Virus record (IMG/VR): IMGVR_UViG_2061766007_002390
DNA: 46,296 bases
Direction: 5' to 3' (one strand)
From: an uncultured virus (IMG/VR IMGVR_UViG_2061766007_002390)
Taxonomy: Duplodnaviria; Heunggongvirae; Uroviricota; Caudoviricetes
The notes beneath the pieces were generated by a model that worked only from the letters and a program-made list of their open reading frames with translations, did not search any database and was not told where the DNA came from. The translations under genes and the position numbers were made by a program. Shown piece by piece: positions 10,547 to 19,809 of the stretch (position 1 is the first letter of the stretch; every line of letters begins with the position of its first letter).

Positions 10547-11356
10547 TTAGATAAGACCCCACTCTGCCAGGACTTCAAATCCACCGATAGAGTCAATATA
10601 TGCCTTTGCTTCCTCTACAATCTTTGAATAAGGGATACCATTCACTTCAGTATCACCAATGGCACAGAAGAATGTCTGTGTTCTACCGGTTCTCTGTGCT
10701 TCCAGGAAAGCATAGATATTGACAGACACATCTGCCTTTGATATATCCTTTCCATTGATACCACCACCAGTAACACCACGACCCATATCTGAACCAAGTT
10801 TGCGGTTGACAGCACCAGTATCAACATTTGTTCCACCAGTCCAGTCACCCAGAGGATTGACAGTTATGTTATACTCTGGATAGTTGTATTGGAGTTCTGC
10901 CTTGAGTTCTTCTGAATTTGCGCAACTCTGACATACAATCAAAGTCTTTGTCTTGTCATCAATGACATACTTTCCATCTGTGGGATACTTCTCATATATC
11001 TTCTGTGCAATATCCCTCAACTCCATCTCTTCAGGAAGTATAGGTTCACCCTTGAAGATACCATTGTCACCACAACGGATCTCACCATCCTGGTTGTGTG
11101 CCAGGTGTTCATCCTGGGGAACATTGATGAGTTTAAGTTTTACATCATCACCTGCTATCCTCTTGACAACCGGTAACACATTCTCATCATTGAAATTGAA
11201 ACTTGACTCTGCAATAATGGTGCAAAGTCCATGACCAAGGAGTACCTCTATTGCAACCTTGGGATTTTGTTGATTAGCATATGCAAGGTCAACCAATGCA
11301 CCAGCAATACGATCTGCCACCTTATCAGGGTGACTTGGATTTACTTTCTCAAACAT
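10547..11356 (-). CDS. metK: S-adenosylmethionine synthetase, compact phage form
   Basis: EKVNPSHPDKVADRI (cf. GHPDK), GDNGIF (cf. GDQG), DTGAVNRK, GGGINGKDISKAD (cf. GGAFSGKD). Confidence 0.88.
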   Translation of the reverse strand: MFEKVNPSHPDKVADRIAGALVDLAYANQQNPKVAIEVLLGHGLCTIIAESSFNFNDENVLPVVKRIAGDDVKLKLINVPQDEHLAHNQDGEIRCGDNGIFKGEPILPEEMELRDIAQKIYEKYPTDGKYVIDDKTKTLIVCQSCANSEELKAELQYNYPEYNITVNPLGDWTGGTNVDTGAVNRKLGSDMGRGVTGGGINGKDISKADVSVNIYAFLEAQRTGRTQTFFCAIGDTEVNGIPYSKIVEEAKAYIDSIGGFEVLAEWGLI

Positions 11357-11394
11357 ACTTTATAATATTAAAAATTAATGTTCTATTATCATTC

Positions 11395-11406
11395 TAAATA
11401 TAACAA
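11395..11406 (-). promoter_or_regulatory. Early/middle promoter motif for metK
   Basis: TTGTTATATTTA on the minus strand. Confidence 0.6.
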
Positions 11407-11410
11407 ACCT

Positions 11411-11418
11411 CATAAATA
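11411..11418 (+). promoter_or_regulatory. Late promoter CATAAATA driving the plus-strand repeat-gene array
   Basis: 22 nt upstream of ATG 11441. Confidence 0.75.
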
Positions 11419-11440
11419 TTGTATCACTATTTCTATAAAA

Positions 11441-12596
11441 ATGAAAAAATTAAGCAAAATAGATGAATCCACATGGGGTGCTATGTTGGATAGAGGTACT
11501 GGTAGTGTAATCAAAAAAGAAGATGGTAAACTTGTACATACCTGTCTTGATGTGGATATAACCATCAAAGACCATGACTGTGATTATAATGAACTCATTA
11601 AAGATATATTAAATGATGATGTTATTAGTGGATTTTACCAAGGGGTGGTAATACTAAATACACAAGTAAAGCAATACTCACCAGAAGAGATGGCAAACAT
11701 AAGAAAATTTGAAGCACCATATGCATATCTCATTTATGATGGTAAACATGGTACAAGTCTTGTTGCTGAATTCTGGGCATATTCTGAAATCCAGGATTTT
11801 GACCTTACTAATGATTTTATTGAAAGAGTATCAGAAGAGGATTACATATCCATCTGTAAAGGTATTGCCACAAAACTGAAAGAAGTTGGAGGAGACATTG
11901 CACAACTTCCAAGAAGACATTCCACAATTTCTAAAATNNNNNNNNNNAGATATAAGAATCAAAGACCATAACTGTGATTATAATACACTCATTAAAGATA
12001 TATTAAATGATGATGTTGTTAGTGCATTTTACCAAGGGGTGGTAATACTAAATACACAAGTAAAGCAATACTCACNNNNNNNNNNNNNNNNNNNNNNNNN
12101 NNNNNNNNNNNNNNNNNNNNNNNNNNNNNNNNNNNNNNNNNNNNNNNNNNNNACATATTCTGAAATCCAGGATTTTGACCTTACTACTGATTTTATTGAA
12201 AGTGTATCAGAAGATGATTACATATCCATCTGTAAAGGTATTGCCACAAAACTTAAAGAAGTCGGAGGAGACATTGCACAACTTCCAAGAAGACATTCCA
12301 CAATTTCTAAAATAAAAGACCGTGATTTCAATGATGAATATGTATTTAAACTCATTGATGAATCTGATATTGCATGGTGGGGAAGTTATCCTGATCCAGA
12401 AGGAAGGTCTCTTGCTGATTTTGAAACAGATATGTTTACAGAGTATCCGGAATTAGTTGATGTTGATTTCTTCACTTGGACATTTTATGATGGTTATAAT
12501 ATAGGTATCCCTATCAATTATGACACACTTGTTAATTTCAAGAAATATAAAGAATTCACTAAAAACTGGTTTAAGATAAATGAAGAAGCTGAGTAA
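11441..12596 (+). CDS. Repeat-motif protein 1 (two overlapping variant fragments)
   Basis: MKKLSKIDESTWGAMLDRGTGSVIKKED... 11948-12310 duplicates 11555-11937. Confidence 0.75.
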
Positions 12597-13278
12597 AATA
12601 GATGAATCAGTCTGGGGTGGTATATTAGACAGGGGTACTGGTGATGTCATAAGAAAGGAAAACATATTTACCTTCAACATCAAAAATATGAAACCTGTTG
12701 ATTTAGGTCATGATTTTCCTGTTTATTGGGCAGACATTGACCTGGAAGCAAATGGTGAAAACAGATTTGACTGGGAGGATGTTCAAAAAATGATTCCACA
12801 AATAGAAAAGACAGGATGGAGACTCCCAAAGGGACCAATGGAAATACGTAATATGTTCGGTAAGGATATCAAGGAAAGAAATGAATATCTTCATAGAATC
12901 TGGGATAACAAAGGAACTGTCTGTAAAGGTATATTTTCAAGTGATGAAACAGAAGAATCATTGGAATTCATAGCAGACAAACCAGGTTTTTATGTATCCA
13001 TATCATACNNNNNNNNNNTTGTATGTAAAGGTATATTTTCAAGTGATGAAACAGGAGAAACATTGGAATTCATAGCAGACAAACCAGGTTTTTATGTATC
13101 CATATCATACTGGTGTGAAAATGATTATGAATCATCAAATAGTAAACGCCAACAGGATACCGAAAGGAGTTTTGATGTCAGTGAATATTGTACATATGAC
13201 GGTACTTTCTCCCTTATTGCAAGCAACAATGAAGAAAAGACAAAAAGAATAAGAATAAGACTTGTCAAAGATAAATGA
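12580..13278 (+). CDS. Repeat-motif protein 2 with a DUF1566/Fib_succ_major-like domain
   Basis: MKKLSKIDESVWGGILDRGTG, then PVDLG..VYWAD, GWRLP, SYWCE, IRLVKD. Confidence 0.72.
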   Translation: MKKLSKIDESVWGGILDRGTGDVIRKENIFTFNIKNMKPVDLGHDFPVYWADIDLEANGENRFDWEDVQKMIPQIEKTGWRLPKGPMEIRNMFGKDIKERNEYLHRIWDNKGTVCKGIFSSDETEESLEFIADKPGFYVSISYXXXXVCKGIFSSDETGETLEFIADKPGFYVSISYWCENDYESSNSKRQQDTERSFDVSEYCTYDGTFSLIASNNEEKTKRIRIRLVKDK

Positions 13279-13376
13279 AGAAGCTGAGTNNNNNNNNNNA
13301 ATGGTATTTTCTCCCTTATTGCAAGTAACAATGAAGTAAAAACAAAAAGAATAAGAATAAGACTTGTCAAAGATAA

Positions 13377-14063
13377 ATGAAGAAGCTGAGTAAAATAGAT
13401 GAATCCACCTGGGGTGGTATGTTAGACAGGGGTACTGGTGATGCCATAAGAAGGGAAGACTTACCGGGACAGAATAAGGAACACTGGTGGAAAAACATTG
13501 AATTACCAAATCCCCCGAAGTATACAGCAGAGGAACTCAGGGGATTGGATATGATATATGATTTTGTTGTGAATAAAATAAGAAAAGTATTCAAAGACAA
13601 ATGGCCATACCAGATAATACTCCATTTTGAAGGTGAACCATACTGGGATTTAAATATTGAACACATAACCCCATATGGTAATGATACTTTTGCGATGTAT
13701 GCTCATGGACCAAGAGCACCCTGGCAAGAATATTACTCAAAGATGAGAACACTTGAAAAAAGAAGTATAAGATACAGNNNNNNNNNNGTACTCCACTTTG
13801 AAGGTGAACCATATTGGGACCTGACAATTGAACATGTGACCCCATATGGTAATGATACTTTTTCAATGTATGCTCATGGACCAAGAGCACCCTGGCAGGA
13901 ATATTACTCAAAGATGAGAACACTTGAAAAAAGAAGTATAAGATACAGACTTGAAAACAAGAAGTTCTATGCATATCCATTTAAATATGGAGATGGAAGG
14001 GTAGAGTATCATTTAAGGGAACAAAGTACTCATAAAGGTGAAAAAGGAATTGAATTGAAATGA
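13377..14063 (+). CDS. Repeat-motif protein 3, unknown cargo domain
   Basis: MKKLSKIDESTWGGMLDRGTGDAIRRED; internal duplicate across the gap. Confidence 0.72.
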   Translation: MKKLSKIDESTWGGMLDRGTGDAIRREDLPGQNKEHWWKNIELPNPPKYTAEELRGLDMIYDFVVNKIRKVFKDKWPYQIILHFEGEPYWDLNIEHITPYGNDTFAMYAHGPRAPWQEYYSKMRTLEKRSIRYXXXXVLHFEGEPYWDLTIEHVTPYGNDTFSMYAHGPRAPWQEYYSKMRTLEKRSIRYRLENKKFYAYPFKYGDGRVEYHLREQSTHKGEKGIELK

Positions 14064-14783
14064 TTAAGATAGGAATAGATTACAGTCTGATATCCCCGGC
14101 GATATGTGTTTACAAGGATGGAGAATATTCTTTCATCTCCTTCTTTGATGATTATGGAAAGGACTGGAAAGGGGGAAAGATAAAGGCATTCAACTACCAT
14201 AGGGATCTGTCAAAGTTTATGGAGATGAATCCCTACACAAGACATATTGAAAAGAAGGATTACAGGGAGGAACAGAAGACAAAGATGGCAGCTGCGAAGA
14301 TGATCGCCCACAAGATTTCCAACAGACTTGTAGAACTTGTAGGTGATGAAGAGGTTGTCATAGGTCTTGAAGGATTCTCTTATGGAAGTATATCATCATC
14401 CACCCTGGACCTGGCACTCTTCAATTCATTCCTCAGGATTAAACTCCTGGAGGATTTTGGTGAGGACTGTCTTGTCATAATTTCCCCGACAGAAGGTAAG
14501 AAGAATCTGTCAGGTAAGGGAAATGCAAAGAAGGAGGATATGATCCAGGCTTTCATTGAGAACAGAACTTCTGACCCTGACATTGAAAGATGTCCCTTCT
14601 GGAAATACTGCAAGGAAAATGAACTTGATTATAAGAACATAAAACCNNNNNNNNNNGACAAATGACCCTGACATTGAAAGATGTCCATTCTGGAAATACT
14701 GCAAGGAAAATGAACTTGATTATAAGAACATAAAACCAATTGATGACCTTGTGGATTCATATGGTATATTGAGAAGCATATGA
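14060..14783 (+). CDS. RuvC-like Holliday junction resolvase
   Basis: IGIDYS, IGLEGFSY, KKNLSGKGNAKKEDM and PIDDLVDSYGI (last motif in the post-gap fragment); TGA at 14781-14783. Confidence 0.8.
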
Positions 14784-16175
14784 AAAAGTTAAGTAACATA
14801 TTAAAGGAATCAGTCTGGGGAGGTATCCTGGACAGAGGTACTGGTGAAACTATCAAAAAAGAAGATGAATTAAACAACAAATCTCCCGAACAATTTGTTG
14901 ATTATCTGAAAGACCATTANNNNNNNNNNGAAGTTAAGTAACATATTAAAGGAATCAGTCTGGGGAGGTATCCTGGACAGGGGTACTGGTGAAACCATCA
15001 AAAAAGAAGATGAATTAAACAACAAATCTCCTGAAGAATTTGTTGATTATCTGAAAGACCATTATTTTATTAATGATTATAGGGTTAGTGATATAAAATA
15101 TGTACCTAACCGTTACATTGATATACCGGTTGCACTAGTTGGTGGTAGAGAATATATACATACATGGGAATTAATCTTTGACCCTAATATTGGTGAATTA
15201 TCTATATCAAGTGACCTCAAACAAAATGCAAAAAAATTATGGCCTAAACTGATAAAAAAATTCAAATTACATGATAATGGTTTTTATGCCTTTGTAAGAG
15301 ATGAATCCGTCAACAACACATATGCTTTGGAATTCATTGATTTTATCATTGACAATATAGATGATAATGTAACCTGTTGTATTTCCAGAAAAACAAATGA
15401 ATCCACCTGGGGTGGTATGTTGGATAGAGGTTCAGGTGATGAGATAAGAAAAGAAGACTTTGGTGCTGAACTTGAGATTGATGGTGTAAAATACACATTC
15501 ACCAAAGACTTCTGGGAAATGGGTGACAAATATAAAGAGGAAAATGAATGTGACTGGACTTGCTTTGCTTTCAATAAAATGCCGGATGGAAGTAAAACAA
15601 TAAGTGGTGACACTGAAGTTGCCGGAGCATTTGCTTCAGATAAAAATGATTTCAATGATTATAAATATGACATATATGTATTGAAAGACTATTTTGAAAA
15701 AACAAAAGAGGATCTGGTAAAGATTTCAACAGACAATGGTGACATCAATGATATAGAATTTGATGTAATTAAAAAAATACTAATAGACTATACTGAAGAA
15801 ATATTTGAAAAACATATGTCTGATTATGCATATTACTACATATATAATCTTCAAAATACAGAATGGACATATAATCTGATGGATGTCTATACTACAACAG
15901 ATGACTTTGATGACATCATCATAGATGAATTTGAAGACAATGTCATAAAGGAAGTACATTATATATCATTACCAATATTAGAAAATACAGATTGGAGTTC
16001 AAGACTGGAAAAGGCATTGAAATTTGCATATAAAAAAATTGGATGGAAAATATCAAAAGAATATGAGTTAGACCCATTTGAAAGTCCAGGTAGTACAAAA
16101 TGTATCTGTTTTGTTTTGTTAGGTGAAGAGAAAGAAAATACAGAAGAAGATGATGAAGATCACAGAGACTATTAA
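14780..16175 (+). CDS. Repeat-motif protein 4 (two modules)
   Basis: MKKLSNILKESVWGGILDRGTG at 14780. The duplicate at 14930 reads open in frame into ORF 15327-16175; second motif at ~15396. Confidence 0.75.
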
Positions 16176-16177
16176 TT

Positions 16178-17926
16178 ATGAAGAAGTTAAGTAAAATAGA
16201 TGAATCAGTCTGGGGAGGTATCCTGGATAGGGGAACCGGTGAAAAGATAAAGAAAGAGGATGACATCAACAATTATGATGGTCTGCAGATGGCTGATTAT
16301 ATCAATGACCATTATACAACAATTCGTAAAGGTTTTGAAGCATCCTATAGTAAAGTTACTGATACTCTTAGTGTTNNNNNNNNNNAGGTACTGGTGAAAC
16401 CGTAAGAAAAGAGGATGACATCAACAATTATGGTGGTCTGCAGATGGCTGATTATATCAATGACCATTATACAACAATTAGTAAAGGTTTTGAAGCATCC
16501 TATAGTAAAGTTACTGATACTCTTAGTGTTTCTGTTATTGAATGGAAAATAAATGGAAAACACTATCATATGGATACTGTATTCTATGAATATGATACCA
16601 ATACCATATATATTGCTAAAGGGTTTTATGAAGACACATTTAAAAGATTAATGTTTCGTTCACCATTTTCTCTTTCAATATATGATGATGATTATTATTC
16701 CATAATCCCCAAGAAAGGTGATGTAAACAACAGATTTTTTCTTGAAGTAATTGATTTTATAATTAACAATACTACAGGTAAACAATGTACTGTAATTTCN
16801 NNNNNNNNNCCGTTCACCATTTTCTCTTTCAATATATGATGATGATTATTATTCCATAATTCCCAAGAAAGGTGATGTAAACAACATATTTTTTCTTGAA
16901 GTGATTGATTTTATAATTAACAATACTACAGGTAAACAATGTACTGTAATTTCCAAGAAAACAAATGAATCAGTCTGGGGAGGTATCCTTGACAGGGGTA
17001 CTGGTGAGACTGTAAGAAAAGAGGATGACATCAATAATTATAGTGGTGAAGATATGGTTGAATATATCCGTAAACACTATACTACAATGAGGGAGCAAGA
17101 TCCTCAATATAGTTATCAATATGATGCTCTTGATTTTCTATGCGCTGAATGGAGAGAAGATATTGAAAGGACCCGTAGAAGTTATTTGTGTTATGAATAT
17201 AAATCAAACACCATATCAATCAATAAACGCATATTAGATGTAGTAAAATTTAATGATGAGTTTAATATTTCAACATATAAAGAAAGTCTTATTTCCATAA
17301 AACCAAAAAAAGGTAAGGTAGACAATAAATTTTTCATCAAAGTGATTGACTATATAATTGACAATATTAATGGTATTGCAACCCTGGGATTGAGAAAAAA
17401 GAAAGTCAATGAATCAGTCTGGGGAGGTATCCTTGATAGGGGAACTGGTGAAAAGATAAAGAAAGAGGATGACTTGGGTAATATCTCATCACTCAAACCT
17501 ATTGATATGGGTGGATCTGTCCTCTGGGCAGACCAAAACCTGATAGTTGATGGAGAAGAGATATTTGAATACGATGAAGCAAATGACCTCATATCTAATT
17601 CAGAATGGAGACTCCCAACACTAAAGGAGGTTGCTGAACTATATGGACATAACATATACTATGATTCAGAATATATATACCTTGATGATATTAAGAAAAT
17701 ATCATTCAAAAAATGTGGTTATGGGTATCCTAAAAGCACTATAATTGATAACCATAAAGCATTTTATGGATGGACATCTGAACCATATGTAAAAAACCCA
17801 AGAGATATCAATGTGTTTATCATAGACCATTATACATTAGATTACACAGAAATTGAACCGGTAAGTATCCCTGTTACTCAAGAGAGAAATGCTAAATGTT
17901 GTATAAGACTGGTCAGAGACAAATAA
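16178..17926 (+). CDS. Repeat-motif protein 5 (at least three modules; last one DUF1566/Fib_succ_major-like)
   Basis: Motifs at ~16199, 16964 and 17408; last module PIDMGGSVLWADQNL..EWRLPTLKEVAEL..GWTSE..IRLVRDK. Confidence 0.75.
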
Positions 17927-17954
17927 AAAAGAGAGGACAGAATCCTCTCTTTTT
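17925..17954. terminator. Bidirectional intrinsic terminator between convergent genes
   Basis: AAAAAAGAGAGGA-cagaa-TCCTCTCTTTTT. Confidence 0.82.
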
Positions 17955-17969
17955 CTTTTNNNNNNNNNN

Positions 17970-18800
17970 CACATATGTCTTGGTGCCCTTTGCATCCACA
18001 GAGATGAACTTAATCTTGTTGCTGTGGAACTCAATGTCATAATGTTCATCTGAATCAATCCAGACAAAGTATGACTTGTTGAAGCAGTGGAGATAAGGTT
18101 CATCAGTCTTACTTTCACCATCTTCATAAGAAAGCTTCTTGGTATAAAGTTTGTCAAATGCATTGAACTCCTCAATAAGTCCATCCTCCAGGAATTTATT
18201 GACTGTCTCACGGACATTCTCATCAGTACTCTCAATTTCAGATACCAGTACAGTCTCACCACTGATTGAGAAGAATACTCTGCAAGACTCCTTGTTAAGA
18301 GCAAAGAGTTGAGACAGATACTTGAACTCATTCTCTGAAATACCAACCTTATGTTCAAGAGTTGAATTATCCTCAAAGATACTCTGACGGGCATGGTCAG
18401 GAATCTCCAGGAAGGCCAATGCCTCCTTATCTGCTGCCGGAACTGTAAGGTTTACCTCATCATTGGCAACAATGACCTTCTTTGCATAACCATTATCCTC
18501 TATATAGAAGGTAACTGTTACACCATCTGTACCTACAAGACCAAGTACAGAAACCAGCTTACCAGCATTGGTGAACTGAATCTTTACAAGACTGTCTGCA
18601 CACTCATTGACAAAACTCTCACAATACTGATTGAGATCAGCAGTGATAGACTTCAATGCAGACTTGTTCTTATTATAAGCGGTTGACTCGAACCTGTCAC
18701 CCTGGACATTTATAAAAATCATATTGTCCAATGAGGCACTTCTCTTGATGAGAGTATTAAACTCCTTTACATCACAATTCTTTAAAATGATTTTCTTCAT
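17970..18800 (-). CDS. Probable DNA polymerase sliding clamp (gp45/PCNA-like)
   Basis: ~280 aa with two repeats of a beta-alpha-beta-beta-beta pattern; near the polymerase; early motif at 18836-18847. Fold inferred only. Confidence 0.5.
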
Positions 18801-18854
18801 ACTTATTTAAAACTATTAGAATATTTTCTGTACATTAAATATAACAAATAATTC

Positions 18855-19788
18855 TCAAAACAGAGCAATTTCTTCAGGTTGTCCGTCAAATCTCTCCATT
18901 TTGTAATTATCCCAGTTCATTATTTTTGCTGGGGTATCAGAATAAGGTATGCACATTGTAACACCATCCATCTGGAAGATATTGTATGTTATCTGACTGG
19001 CAAGTCTCTTCATTAAGTCAAATGGCATACTACACTTGAACTTGTCTTCATACCACTCAATAATATCATATAAGACATTCTCCCTGGCCAGAAGAAGTGA
19101 GTCACCCTGCCACTCATACCCATAAATTGCTTTGGTTGCCTCTGTTTCATATTCATTCCAGAGATCCCTGTCATCAGAATCCTTAAGAAACTCACTTATT
19201 TTCTTCATCTTTCTGTCCAGGAGACCCTCTCTTTCTGAAAGAGGAATCATCTTTCCGGTTGATACATCATACCTGGATACAAGATAAGGTGCCTCACCAC
19301 AGGTAACCTCAAGAACCTTCCTTCTTATATATGCCCGGTTGCTTCCCTCAAACCTGTCATCCACAGAATCATTCATCTTCTTGATGATTTCAATGGGAGT
19401 ATAAACTTCAGCCTTGGAATCAGTCCTGGACTTCTGGTCATCCAATGACTTCAGGACNNNNNNNNNNCACCTCAAGAACCTTCCTTCTTATATATGCCCT
19501 GTTGTTTCCCTCAAACCTGTCATCCACAGAGTCATTCATCTTCTTGATGATTTCAATAGGTGTATAAACCTCAGCCTTGGAATCAGTCCTGGACTTCTGG
19601 TCATCCAATGACTTCAGGACTCTAGGTTTAATGACATCACCAGATATTATCTGTTCTACCTGGATGGAAGACTTTGGATCATATCCATACTGGTCAGTAC
19701 CCCAGAGAATGTTGTTCCCTGTTGTCCTGTCCATCAGAAGTATCTCCAAAATCTCCCTTGGTATTTCAAACTCTTTGATATCTATCAT
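18855..19788 (-). CDS. Eco57I-type restriction-modification methylase-like protein (two variant fragments)
   Basis: LLMDRTTGNNILWGTD, KAEVYTP, VLEVTCGEAPYLVSRYD, YGYEWQGDSLLLAREN, NIFQMDG; no NPPY visible. Confidence 0.72.
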
Positions 19789-19793
19789 CTCAC

Positions 19794-19805
19794 CAAATAT
19801 AACAA
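19794..19805 (-). promoter_or_regulatory. Early/middle promoter motif TTGTTATATTTG
   Basis: Contains an exact TAnnTTTG Bacteroidota -7 consensus, 5 nt upstream of the ATG. Confidence 0.62.
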
Positions 19806-19809
19806 ATTA

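Larger units (their letters stand above)
4711..17473. repeat. Dispersed ~63-nt coding repeat encoding (N/D)ES(T/V)WGG(M/I)LDRGxGExx(R/K)KED, ~17 copies
   Basis: Minus strand, approx: 4711-4775, 5035-5099, 6311-6347, 6595-6659, 7178-7243, 7529-7593, 8128-8194. Plus strand, approx: 11462-11524, 12601-12660, 13398-13460, 14807-14869, 14951-15014, 15396-15458, 16199-16264, 16386-16419, 16964-17029, 17408-17473. Two or three are assembly duplicates. Confidence 0.95.

Noticed and set aside
4711..17473. Repeat array as CRISPR or a non-coding RNA repeat
   Set aside because: Repeats are in frame, vary at synonymous positions, and are separated by 300-700 nt of coding sequence.
12580..17926. Diversity-generating retroelement acting on the DUF1566-like domains
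   Set aside because: No reverse transcriptase or template repeat in the window. Differences between 13195-13278 and 13300-13380 include C/T changes, so they are not adenine-specific and fit allelic variants.
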